DNA of 64,000 nt. It comes from Sphagnum compactum. Lineage: Eukaryota. Where the stretch lies: assembly GCA_965153455.1 (NCBI GenBank), contig OZ234493.1, forward strand, positions 33,408,213 to 33,472,212, given 5' to 3'. Below are positions 1-12,700 of this stretch, one piece after another. Under the pieces are notes generated by a model. It did no database searches. It was not told where the DNA came from and saw nothing but the letters and a program-made list of their open reading frames with translations. Each line of letters opens with the position of its first letter. Position 1 is the first letter of the stretch. A program made the translations under genes and the position numbers.

Positions 1-1048
1 CTAATTTCATTCTCACTCTCATTCTCTGTCCATATCCAATTCATTTTTGCAGCCAAATTTAGCCCAATGCACATCCATTGTGAGTCCATCTATTGCATGC
101 AACTGCAATGCTGGAAAAATAGTCAACTATAGTTGAAACAAAAAGAAAACAAGCAAAGCAGCTCATCAAGTAATCACTAACAACTCTTCCCTTCAATGGA
201 ATATTCAAAACACAGTCATCAGGAAAGATAGAACTGCATCACATGATTGTGTAATTTGAATGCAAACTTAATTCTCAACAAACACAGCATATAATGTGCA
301 GCCCAATCTCCAGCTGCCATCTGCAAATTGATTACCACCAGTTCAAGCCATCATTGTAACCCAGATGCAATCTCTCTTCCCTCTGACCAGAGACTCCAGA
401 GTACCTTCTGCAACAGTAGCTGCAATGGTCAATAAAATAGGGCAAAATACTTTTCACGTGAGTTTTTGAGACATAATGGAGAGACCTAAACGGCACATTT
501 GGAGCCCTGTTTGTTTGTAGTAAGTTTTCTTATACACTTCTCTATAAACCAAGACGGGCTATTCAATACAACAGAGTCCAAAACTACAGCAACTTACGAT
601 CTCAACAAAATATTGTTTCATAGGACAGGGCAACTCATGTACTATTCTAACAAATGATTTATATCAACTTTGCACAAATCCATTTGTGCAGCAGAATCAG
701 GTGCCATTCTTGTACTGAAACTGAAAGAAAGCCTTTGGTTTCTCCTCCATGAAAGGTCACCACCACACAATGTGCAGTCATTTCACACTATTATCATGGC
801 ACCACTCAAGGATGAGAAGAATTTCTCAACTTATCAGATATTCCAGAATTACCAGCTAGGTTCAATGTACACACATATAAGCCTCTGTCTTAGACAGAAG
901 TTCTGCATAGGGGCTGCTGATGCTCATTGTTGATGAAACAAGGAGCGTTACTTAAACGTGTCCATTGACACTAGCAGAGAGCCCTACCATATGTGCTAGA
1001 AAAAGTTATCTCAACATATTTCATGTTGAGATACACACATAGTCCGTC

Positions 1049-2385
1049 TTAGCAAGGCAAGGCACCACCTGCATCCCGGTACTGCTTCCGCATCACCTTC
1101 TTGTACTCTGCAATCCAGGATTTACAGATGAGCATTTCCCTCCTCACCTTGGTACAGAAAGGACAGGAAAAGATGTGAACTTCATTAGTTTAAGGTTTTC
1201 AAAAGCACCTTCTTGGTCATTCCAAAGGGCAGCTGCATAGCTGTTCAGGGGGCTGTCATTGTTTGGTTCTGCAGTCATCACCAGTTCTCATCAACATCAG
1301 TCCATTGGCACCAGGAACCAAAGCATACAATTTCTCCTTTGCAACCAGGGTAATGACTGGTCTTTTTGCACCTGGATAGGACCCCAAGTTAGCTACAGAT
1401 AAACGAATAAGAAAAGTAATTTGATCCAGAACAATAAAGGGTTATGCAAGTTAATTGTGATACTCACCAGCTAATAGACTTTGGATTGAGAGCAAGATTG
1501 TCCTTACATCATATGCAGAAGACCATTTATCCTGACAAAGAAATTCCTGTTAGTTGCATTGCTTCCATGCTACATAAAGTAAAGTTGGCAGATCGTTCAG
1601 TACAAATTTGCCACCTTAAAAATAGGATGCAGAAGATTACCTGCAAAATATCAAGGCATATGTTGCCATATTGGTCAACATTGGGATGGAAGCAAAGCGT
1701 GTCAAATTTGACAGTGGGAGGTTTGAAGGGGTAGTCAGGAGGGAACTTCAGAGTCAACTTGTAGGCAAGCCCCTCATATACAGTAGCAGTGCTGCCCTTG
1801 ATGGTACCAATCCATGAAAATATATTGTCACCCTCTGGAAAACCAGAAATGCCTGGATCTCCACATGTCTGAAAAATGACCCAAAAAGCCTTGACAGTGA
1901 GCGAAGATGGCAATTATCACAAATAATATACAGTATCAAATAGCAACCTAATGCAAAAAGTGCATGCCCTAGGAAAAGCCCACCCCCGAGTGAAAAAAAA
2001 AACTCCTGTCTGTGACCTGATCAATGTTGTAGAAGTGCATCATACCATGAGAGACATCAACTCAGCTTGCAACCTGCAGAGAAATCACACCAAAGTATAT
2101 AAAAGGTTTTCATCATCAGCTTGTGCCTATTTTCAACGTTACAATTCCCATGCTATCTTTATCCAAAACACATGCCCTAACCCCAACAAGAAACCTAGTC
2201 CATCTCGGGACCTTGAATCTTTCTGTCCTTAAGAGAAGGGGAAATGGAAGCCAGAGTTCGACTAACCTGCGAGAGACCGAATGGCTATCAACCGGCTGCG
2301 ATGACGGCCTCTGCTGTTTCCCGTTGGCAGGCTGCACAATGCTAGCGTTCGTGGCCTGCACATCTTGTGGCACGTTCGAGTTCAT
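1049..2385 (-). CDS. UBC19/UBC20: Ubiquitin-conjugating enzyme E2-C (UBC19/UBC20, UbcH10-like), 6 exons, about 185 aa
   Basis: Exons 2385-2267, 2073-2046, 1868-1641, 1531-1468, 1268-1209 and 1107-1049, all bounded by GT-AG, sum to 558 nt in frame. The protein has the N-terminal extension (..[18 protein letters not shown]), the catalytic motif [37 protein letters not shown] and EPNNDSPLN. Confidence 0.95.
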
Positions 2386-2814
2386 GGTCTCTCGCTTTCT
2401 TTGGATTCTCACCTTGATTGCCACTCAACGAGAACGGGGTATGGCGTAACCCTTGGCCAATGCAGTTCCCCCCCGCCCCCAACCCCGCCCCCCAACCACA
2501 GCAACAAAAAGAGAACAGTCAATCCGACCACCAAGAAGACAAAAGGTATGACGTATTCTGGATCAAAAAACAAACACCCTAATAACAAAAGCCAAGCAAA
2601 AGCATGGCTTCTCTCTCCCCCTTTCCTCAACACAGATTCGGAGAGAAACAAACGCAAGAAGCTGGATCCGATCCCGCAGAACTGAAGCCACAGCAAAGCA
2701 GCACAAGGGAAGGGGCGGGCGCGGGAGGGCACCGAAAACAGTGAGATGTGGTGGGATTGGGAAGGAGAGATGTGGGGGCGAGGCGTCAATTTGAACCGGG
2801 GCTTTGGCACAGGA

Positions 2815-2886
2815 CCGTTTAGCCCACACCCCATCCTTCCCGTCCCGTCACCCCTGCGCCCGGCCACCAGTAGCTAGCCAACGGCT
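2815..2886. promoter_or_regulatory. Two MSA-core (AACGG) motifs and a site II-like AGCCCA upstream of the E2-C gene
   Basis: CCGTT at 2815-2819, AGCCCA at 2821-2826 and CCAACGGCT at 2878-2886, about 430-500 bp upstream of the ATG. MSA elements are the MYB3R sites of plant G2/M genes. The motifs are short, so function is inferred. Confidence 0.4.
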
Positions 2887-2918
2887 CCTCCCTCCCGGTC
2901 CCCACTCCTACTTCTAAT

Positions 2919-3129
2919 GGTGCATTCACACTTGATGTTAAGTCAGTGTTAAATAAAAATCTAGGTGGCATCTTAGGTGGCACCCAATGTTAAATGGGTG
3001 ATGGCTTAGTGTTAAGTGAATGTTAGCTTAACATAAAATGTTCATGATAAGTAGGTGTAAGTCCTAAATGATTAGCATGGTGTTAGGGGACTCAACACTA
3101 GAGTCCCTAACACCAAGTGTGAATGCACC
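2919..3129. mobile_element. MITE (Tourist/PIF-Harbinger-like), about 211 bp
   Basis: TIRs GGTGCATTCACACTTGATGTTA and TAACACCAAGTGTGAATGCACC (1 mismatch in 22). TAA and TTA lie one base outside the two ends. No ORF. Confidence 0.8.
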
Positions 3130-3189
3130 TTTACTTCCCCCTCACACTACCTTCTAGTACCTTACCTATGTTTTTAACTTGGTAAAGGT

Positions 3190-4130
3190 AGAGCCACACG
3201 GCTGGAGTGAACCAGCAGACACCAGTGCACCAGTTGAGGATGAGGCCGTTCAAGCTGTTTTGGGGATGAACAAAAAACACATCCTCCCTTGCCCAAAGCT
3301 TTTGGTTTTTTCAGCTTTTTTTTTGTCCCAAAATTTTTCCCTCCTACCTACCTCCCTCTTACTTACTTCCCCCCTTCTACCTCCCTCCCACCTACCTCCC
3401 CCCCTCCTACCTACCTCACCTCATTTTGCGCTCACTCCATCATCAGAATTCAGGAGCGCTTGAAATGAGAGCCAGGACAACATGCTTGAAACGGGACCTA
3501 GGACAACGCGCTTGAAGCGGGAGCCAAAATTGATAGGCCAGAGTGGGAGCTTGAAGGTAAGCTCCCTCCCTTCTCTTTTTGGTTTTGTTACAACGAAGAA
3601 AGCAACGGCAGCAGCTCTTTAGTTCTGTTGTGACAAAAAAGGTGACGATAGTTATTGCCATTGCCTTCTTCGTTTTTTTTTTGTTGCAATAAAAAAGGCG
3701 ACAACCGTTGTTGTCGTCACCTTCTTCTTTTTGGTTTTGTTGCAGTGAACAAAGTGACGGTAACTGATGTCGTCGCCTTCTTTTTTGGTTCTGTTGCAGC
3801 GAAGAAGGTAACGACAACAAACTACCGTCACCTTCTTTTTGGTTCTATTGCAACGAAGAAGGTGACGACAGCTGTTGCTGTAAATAATGACTTTTTTATA
3901 TTTATTGGTTTAGGTCCGGAACTTGAAACCGACCAGGCCTTTCAGCCACTTGCACCTCCTTGTCCACCTAATATGCTTCGGAAGGACAAAGAATGGATGA
4001 AGGTTGGGTCGAAATGGAAGTGTACAGTTGGCACTTGCATTGTTACATATTGTGCCAAATGGTTGTTGACCAAACATTTAAAGGAGGTGCATGGCTTAAT
4101 GGCAGAAAAAGGCCAAACCTGGGAACATTT
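3190..4130 (+). mobile_element. Truncated DNA-transposon-like element with subterminal degenerate repeats and a C2H2 zinc-finger fragment
   Basis: The left end shares AGTGAACCAGCA..CACCAGTGCA with the TIR of the 51619 element. Degenerate TTTTTGGTT(C/T)TGTTGCA..GAAGAAGGTGACG units occur at about 3575-3880. ORF 3655-4164 contains WKCTVGTCIVTYCAKWLLTKHLKEVH (C-x4-C-x12-H-x4-H). Confidence 0.5.
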
Positions 4131-4298
4131 GAATCAAAATCTTTTTTATATTTTAAATAGTTAAATGGTCTCTTGAAAGGCCTAAATTGAATAATATAAG
4201 TTGCATAAATGTTATTATAACACCTCATGGGGTTCTTGGGGATCTCCTCTAAGATCTGGTGGTACTCATTTAATGATTACATTGTGGAAGTGTGTTCT

Positions 4299-5650
4299 TT
4301 AGATTAAATTCATTGGTACTTCTGCATCAGGGTTTATTACTACAGATTTTCTGCCACCATAACTAACATGGACTACTTTAAAGCCACTAAAATAGTTTCC
4401 TTCTAAAATTTCAACAAGCTCTGTATGAATTTGATTATACAAAGACCCATTATCAGCTGGTACTCTAGGAATTTCATCATTCCTTATAAATATTGGATAT
4501 TCAATTGAAGTCATAAGCATAATTTTGGTTGGGTATGTAGCCATCATTGGAACTTTGCACCCCATTAGTAAATGTTGTGAAAAATTATGGTACTAGGTCA
4601 GTCATTCCTCCATGAAATTGTATGCCACCATGTTGTGGAACTATAATATCTAGTAATGTTATATTCCTTAATCCAAGCACAAACTTTATACTTCTGAAGG
4701 TTGCAAATCTTGCATTGCTCAAAGCAGGGTGGATTGGAGTCATCCTAACTATCTTTGGAGTATAATGGAATGGCTCAGTGATTCAAGGTATTTTAACCTC
4801 AAAAGGTGTCCTTCATACATCACCTTTCTCAGTAGTATTGCATAGATTTATGTAATTTGGTAGTTGTTTTGTTGATACCACGTTTTGCATAATGGCCAAC
4901 AACTTATGATCATCTTCAGGATTTTGGTTATTATGAAGCTTGGATATGGAAATGACTGATCATTACATCTCGTACATCTCGATCAATGAACGAATAATCC
5001 GTAAATGAATGATTTTCTTGTTTGCAAAGTTACATTGACTAGTTGTTAGTCTATGTTGCTCATATGTGGTTTGACCATATCTACTCCAAACATGTTCTCT
5101 TGGTAATAATATGGGTTGATGGTTGTGCCTAATCCTAGATTCACTGGTCTACATTACATTAACATTGTCCACCGATCGTATTTTGGTGTTAATAGCCATC
5201 ATTGGTGGAGTGTTGCGCTCGACTTTATTCTCCATCCTGGTTTGATAAATTGTTCAATTATTAAAACACGTTCCTCTAAATCCTCAATATGTATTATAGT
5301 CTCAACATACAACGGTAATACATGTTCAATTTCATCATTTTCCACATCTTCATCCCACTCTTCATAATTGTGACTATACTGAGGTGAAATAAATTGCCAA
5401 ACAAAACCTTTGTATGTGGATCTTATCTCCATTCCTCCCTGTACTTCTTGATGAATTTATAATATTTCCTCAGATATGTATAGATTACCATCTTTTTAGC
5501 TTGACAGATTCATTTTTGTTTTTTCCCATTCCTTTCATTACAAATTTGCAAAGGTAACCGTGATTGCATTGTCTCCCCATCCTTCTGGTTTGACTTTCGA
5601 AGGTTTTGCTTTCATTAGTAGCCTCACTTGGACACTGGGTCGTTTCATCG
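4299..5650 (-). pseudogene. Decayed intronless reading frame of unknown origin (possibly TE or viral)
   Basis: ORF fragments 5199-5432 and 4299-4565 have protein-like composition. The 5432 frame continues on both sides through isolated stops. No family recognised. Confidence 0.35.
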
Positions 5651-6799
5651 CTCAACTAATAAATGTTTATTAAGGTTCCAAAATTGTTGTAGATGGTGTC
5701 ATGTACCTTGCAGGTCACTCCTTTGTCTTGGGTAATTGTGGCATGATATATTGTACTATTTTTAAAGTATGAAACAACACTACATCGATTGCAAATTACA
5801 GTTCTTCCTCTACTACATTTTCTTCTTCATTCTATTACATGGCTATCGATCTAATTGTCTTTGTAAATTTTGGATTACTACTAGATTTATGTTTGTCGCC
5901 ATTTTACCATTTTGGGGGGGGGGAATTTTTTTTGCCACATATTTAAATCCTTACAACAATTATTTGTTCATATCTAATTTTTAACAATTTTTCTCACCGA
6001 TTATGAAACCATAAATAAACCAAAAAAATCACAATAACCTTTCTGTATTTTTTACAAGACAATAAAACCAAAGCAAATTATAAAACCCAAAATTTCAACC
6101 CCAAATTCATCCTAAGGATGGTAGCCAAATGATAAATCTTAATGTGCGAACATTGCGTTAAATTTAGATTTTGTTCTTTTAAAATGTTCATTTTCAATCA
6201 CATAATATATACTTAAATTAAATACATAATCTGGAATACCATTCAACAACACTTTCTCACAGCAAATGTGTTTACACAATTCTGAATCTATCATAATTAT
6301 GCAATAATTCACTTTAGATATTGAAAAAAACAACAAATTATGAAAAAAGAAGAAAAAAAAAGAAGCGTAGTGTTGTTTTTTTATGCTTATCATTTTGGGT
6401 AGTAGTGTGCAATGTAACATGATTGTAAAAAAATTGCCATTATGACACTTAAAGTGGTCCACTTTACCATGCATTTGCCCCCAACTTGAAACAATTCTAG
6501 TCATTTTAATACATATTAAACAATCTCCCACGTGGAACATTATCTTCTCAATGTTTAATTGACACAAATTGAGCACATTTTCCATCATCATCTATGGTTC
6601 TTAAAAATTCAAGTGTCTTCCACCCTAATTTCATAGAATATAATCCTGTAGTTTAGCTTTATTTATTTTCAATGCAAAAACAATGTTCAACACATAATCT
6701 AATTCTCAAATATTTGTAGAACTAGTTATCCAATCATTACACCAAAATGATCAAAATAAATAATTATTAATGATGTTTAATAAATTTTTAAAATTTTGT

Positions 6800-7230
6800 T
6801 TCCTTTATTTCAGTACTAGTGTAAACTGATTTTTTTTCCAAGGATTATTATTACATAGACAGAAAGTAACTTTGTTTTTTATTTTTAAAATTTTAATTTT
6901 TTTTGTAGCCAAAATGGCTATGAAGCATAAAAAGATGTGAATTTTTTTTGTTTGGTCTTCAAAACGATTAGCCAAATAGGCTATAAACCAAATTAATTGA
7001 AAAGTTAAATTTATTTTTAAATTTATTTTCTTTTTGCTTTATTTCAGTCCTTCTTTAAAACAGATCTTCCAAGGACTATGATTACATAGACATAAAGTAG
7101 TTTTTATTTTGTTTTTAAATAAAAAAATTAATTTTCTTAATAACCAAAATGGTGATCAAGCATAGGAAAAAGTACAAAAATTGGCAATGGTCTTTAATAT
7201 GCATAGCTAATTATGGCTATTAAACGAAAT
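6800..7230. repeat. Degenerate tandem duplication of about 235 bp, AT-rich
   Basis: The pattern TTCCAAGGA.TAT.ATTACATAGACA.AAAGTA...CCAAAATGG...AAGCATA...GGCTAT occurs at about 6835-6990 and again at about 7065-7225. Confidence 0.6.
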
Positions 7231-9025
7231 AAAAATTTATCTAGTTTATTCAGGAATAAAGATTTTTAAAAAAATTATTCCGCCAAAAAAATAAGTTTTG
7301 CCAAAAACAGTTTCTTTTTCTCTCCCCCCTTTTTCTTCTTCTTTTTCTCCTCTCCCTCCTTTCTCTTCTCGTTTCTTTCGCCCCTTGTTTTAAGACCCTC
7401 TCGCTTTGTTTTTTTCTCTCCTCTTTCGTCGCTTTGTTTTTTCATTTTTCCTCCCTCACCCCCAATGCTCCTTCTTCTCTACTCACTGTTTCTCCTCTCC
7501 TCTCCTCTCCTTCCCTCCTTCTCCGTTCATTGTCTGTTTTCTTCGGAGGTTTTATTCTTCGGTTGCGTTCCCTATTGTTTTTCTCCGCTCATGGTTTTTT
7601 TTTTCTGGAAGTGTTGCAGTGTTGGTCTTTGGTTTTGCAATTGTGTGACTTTCTTTCCACATCTGTTGCAACGCAGAGGCTCTTCCATCGCTTTCTGCAA
7701 ACATTTCTACAACGTTTTTGCAACATTTTGTTGCTCTCTTTTTTCTTCTTCTCCGCATGTGCCAGAGACTATAGCGATTTTCTTCATCGCAACACTTTGT
7801 CGCATATGTCTTTGTGACGTTGCTGCGTTCTTGTTTTTTATGCATCTGCTGGGGATTGCAGTGCTCTTCTTCTTTGGAACATCAAATAACTCACTCAGTT
7901 TTTTTGTTTTTTTTTTTCTTGTTTGTTTTTTCCTAATTTTTGTTTGTTTGTTTCCTATTTGCAGGTTTTTCGTGCACTCGAATTTTGTTGTCGATGCATG
8001 TGCTTTCTTTTTTCTTTTGTGTTTCTTCGGAAGATCAGGACGATCTTCATTATTCTTCACGATTCATTTCGAAATAGGATTCCATATGATACATTCTTTG
8101 AATTTATTTATTTTTGTTCATTGATAGCTTCTCTTGATGCATGCACTTCATTCATTTTTTTGAATGCATTGCTCGTATAGGCATTGCAATTGTACTGTTG
8201 TTGAGTTTTCTTGGATTTAAAAAATATTAATTCTGGAAATTTTTTTCAAATTTTTTTATTTTTTATTTTTTATTTTTCACTTGTTATTCCTTGCGTTTAG
8301 TTTTTGTTACTCATTTATTTGTGTTCATCAAAGTATTTGTACTTTTTTTTAGAATATGTTTAAATTTTTTTGATTTTTTAAAAAACTTTGAAACTGAAAT
8401 CTTTTGTACAGTTTTAAAAATTGATATTCAGATTTTAATTCAAAGAAAATAAAATAGAATTTTAAAAAATGAGAGAAAGAAAGACAAGAAAAGAACAGAA
8501 AAGAAAATTCATGTAAAAGAGATGTAAAAGAAAAATTAAACAAAAAAATAATTTAATAGAAATGAGCAGCTGTAGTGTTCCTTCCATATTTGGGAAGCTA
8601 CAGTGACAAATTTGGCTTAGGGAGCGACCTCAAAATACACTATGAAAAAGTTAACAAGACTTTACAAGACCTCAAACTTTTTTCAATTTCTTCAACTTCA
8701 TCCAGTCCAACTTTCCCGACTATTTCCATTTTCCAACCATTTCAAATTGTCCAACTAAATTCTATTCCATCCAGTGTCTAAAACATTTCCAAAAGTTCCA
8801 AGGCATTTTACACAAGTTGGCATGCAAAGACAAGACAATGACTGCTGATAATATTAACAAATGGAAATGTTTGTCTACATCATTTGGATCCTTCGTTAAT
8901 CCACTCAAAGGATCAGTCTTCAATCCATTGCACCCACAAGTGCAATCGTTGGACATCAAAGGCAGTTTACCGTACCATACAATAGGCCACATTCAAATAA
9001 TTTGAAAACTATCTTTCCTGTCAAG

Positions 9026-9140
9026 CACCTTGTCTTTGAAGGACATCCCCACTGGCACAATGCGCATCTTGTGCTTTGAAGGACATCTCCACTGGCAGAA
9101 GGAGCATCTTGTGCTTTAAGAGCATCTCCACTGGCAACAA
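9026..9140. repeat. Tandem repeat of about 38-39 bp, 3 copies
   Basis: A unit resembling CATCTTGTGCTTTGAAGGACATCTCCACTGGCA is repeated three times with substitutions, downstream of the AATF stop. Confidence 0.75.
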
Positions 9141-9724
9141 TATAATCACCTCAGAAATATAACAACCTGTACAAATTACTTTGAATGAAATACAACTAAT
9201 TTGCACCAAAACAACTGCTTTTGATTGGCCCACCATAGTGATTGGCTCATGTGGTGACATCTAAATGGTAGTAGAGGCCCAAATAGGGGGGAGTGGTTTG
9301 AGATTGTCTACCAAAGTTGAAACCAATGTCAAAATTTTAATACTTTTCCTTTCAGGCACCTTGTCCTTAAACAGCATTGAGCCCACCTTCACATTGAACT
9401 CATTGCACCTGTTTAATGCTTGCAATTCACCACAAGAAGCCCAAATTGGAGCTGAAGTTCATATCACCCTTCTAGGTTCCACAAAAACCAAGTCTACAGG
9501 AACGGAAAGCAGGAAATGAGAAACCAAAGTGACCTCAAAGGTCACAGCACTTTCCACTGTTTACCCAAAAAATCACAAAAGGAACTAGATACCCAATGAA
9601 GCCTGGACCCTTGATGCTTTCATGGATAATCCACTGAGAATCTGCCAGTCTGTTTTTTCACTTTCATACAGACAGCACCAAACCTAACATAGCTATGGAC
9701 CTAGGTACTAATTCAGTATCATTC

Positions 9725-12700
9725 TCAAGAGGCGAGTGCTTGCTGACCAAAGAGGTTGGCAAAAAGTTTTGTGGCCATGGGAGGCAGCACCATCAGCTCA
9801 GGTGCCATGAAGTTGACTAAGGGATCGTGCACATTGTACCTATCAATCCAAATCATGTGTCAAATTCCTCTTAGAAATCAATCATTGGCAAAGCCTGCGT
9901 TAGAAGGTAGTTGACAGTCTAAGGCCGGACCTATGTATGTACGGGGAGAACTGGCAATTAGTTACAAGCTAACCAAGTCCTTTGCCCAGTAAACCCAATC
10001 CAAATTCTAGAGAAACGGAAATGAACCTTCAACAAACTACAGCTCTGATAGCTGACAACTGGGACATTTACCCCTCTGACTGAATGGTTTTCCAAATCGC
10101 CAGTTCATAGCTGGCAATACTGAGAAAGAATAGGTATGCTAGCAACAAGGAGAGGTGCAATAGGAAGAAACTGTACCGTATCTTTCTCCCTTTGGAAGCC
10201 CGACGATCTACAGTTTTCCTCTTTTTATTGTGCAGTTTTTTCATGGAATGCAGACTCATGCCCTCTGCAAGTCACAATTATCAGTAAGCATATGAAGTAG
10301 GAGGGAGAAAACAATAGTTGCTATCTGGCAATCCTCAATGATCCAGGAGTATAAACGATGGTTGATAACTGTAGGTTCTCATGCTTCCAATACACTTAGC
10401 TGATTATCACATAATACAGACCCAAGTTTGGTTTTGTCCACACTTATTGGTCATCCTTGTCACAGCATGCTCTTGTTTAAACACCTGCTTATTTACTCTG
10501 GGCGTTAACCAACTAAAGAGAAAGCTGAGAAGGAGAGGGCCCCCACCAAGACCCAGAGTGTCAGAAGACTCCAAAAATTCACGGAGCAGCTGCTGGTAGA
10601 AGTCAGAGTCATCAAATGTCTCTGGGTTCCCATCATCTGCCTGCCATACCAAAATCATCTCACTTGTTTGGGTGGAACGAAAAACAAAACAGGACATTAC
10701 TCACTTTCCAAAGCTAGACAATCTCTGCAGATCATAACCACATGTCATTGTCTACTCCTTCTCTAACCCCATCAGTATACACCGGTTGGTATGTTCCTCC
10801 CTCCTGGTTACGCAAAAACATACACCATGTTTACAGATTTATCCACAACGGATAGGTACTCTGCTGGTTGCATGTATACAAAACTACTTTGGAAAACAGG
10901 CATCACACCTGACTGTGTTAATGAACACAAACCAGCACACAATATTCCAAATTCATTACCAATTTCACTGTATGGATCTCTTTCTTGAACAGTCCCAGTG
11001 TTAAGGTGCATGTGTCAACTGGTTGGTAAGTATACACAGCAAACCCAAGAAGCCCACAGTTGCAATGATCTTACCTCAGTAGCTCCATTCCATTCAGCAG
11101 AGGCACCTTCACTTGATCTGCCTTTCTCCAGCACCTGCTGAACTGGCTGCAAATTGAGTTCAACAGTTGGTACTCAGATTTTTTAGCCCAAATACAGCAG
11201 AAAATTTAAAACACTGAAAACAGTCCACTGTCTAGTACCTCTCTCTCTTTTTGCTCATGAAACACCCAGAGTTTCACTGGAGCAGAAACCAAATACTAAC
11301 TGAGTTGTCATTGAGATATACAATCTGAGTTCATAAATACTAAGACAGAGTTGACAGGCCCAAGAGAATGCCTAAGAATTGTGTCACAGACCAGAACAAT
11401 GGTGGCTACCAAAACTTGCAGTGTGAAATCCAATAATTACCTGTCCAAGAACATGCACTGATGACTGTTGCAAGCGCATCCGCTCAATAAGTTTATGTGG
11501 GTCTCTCATAACTGAAGCCACCTGCTGTGATATGCTCTGTACCAAAACATACAGTATACGAGTACAGTGGACAAGCTCAAATATCTGAATTTCCAAGTTG
11601 CAGCTGATTCAGCACTAGTAGAACATTGAACATTATCCTCATAATTATCAGAGCTTCTCTTTCCTTATAATGTTAGACAACCTGATAGAAATTAGAAATT
11701 ACCAGGTCATATGGATATAGAGTTCATATCAAACAACATGTCGGTGATGAGGAAAAAGAGAAGACCTCAATGCTCATAACACAGAAAAAACTGAGAAGTG
11801 GTTTGAACAATAGTGAAAATCACACACATGTTCCATGACCTTCTACAGCAACTTATATGTTAGGGAACAGCTATCACAACATGCCCAATGATTTCATCAG
11901 TTCCTAGCAGTGGGTGGAGGTCAATGCAACCAACAAACAGATATTCTTTCACAAGACTGGCAGTAACATGGAGACTCAGCATAATGCTGGCTAGCTCAAG
12001 AAAACATAAAAGAGATGGAGATTACCAAGGAAACCAAGAAGAAACAGGGGCACAAAGAGGAGGAAAAACCTAGAAGAGAGCAAAATGAGAAGAGGAAGAG
12101 AAGAGAGACAACAAGGAAAACTTTCTGAAGATGATCTTTCAAGGACAAGGCAGGTTCTCTACTTGGGATTAAGACCATTAAGGCCATTCAACAATACCTG
12201 ATTGAAGGCTCGTAGCTTGCCCTTCACAGCAGCTGCACCTGTTGAAAGCTGAGTCTTTCGCTGCCACCTATCCACTGAATTGTTCCGATATGGTACAATG
12301 CTGTTGAAGGTTGCCTCATACTGTTAGGAGAGGTACATGTGCAATAAGGGAATCAACATCATACATACATACATACATACATATATGAAATTGCAGAGAA
12401 AACTCCACAACAACACTGTGACAATGACCGCAGTCATGACCTTATGAGTGTCACTCACAAAGTGTCAGACTGTCAGCTTCATTACAAATAGCAGTGACTA
12501 GCTGCCATTACTCCCCACTGACTTCATCAACTCCTGACAGTGGGTGTAGGATATTCATGAGCTGGAGGTTGTAAGCATATAAATTCATGAATCAACATAC
12601 CGACACAGTTTGCTGGACTAGCAAGAGTCAGAAAACAATGATGTGGTTCTCTCTACTATTGTTGACAGAAGGAAACTATTTGAACTCTGAGCTGTCAACA

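Noticed and set aside
486..542. Alternative last exon for the E2-C gene
   Set aside because: A possible AG acceptor gives EKCIRKLTTNK.., which lacks similarity to the family. The exon at 1107-1049 gives the expected YKKV..Y terminus.
7300..8200. Several overlapping 80-219 aa ORFs
   Set aside because: They arise from T/C-rich low-complexity sequence on both strands, are Phe/Leu- or Lys-rich and have no domain.
11744..11794. C/D-box snoRNA (GTGATGA...CTGA) in an AATF intron
   Set aside because: It is only about 50 nt, antisense to the host gene and has no terminal stem.
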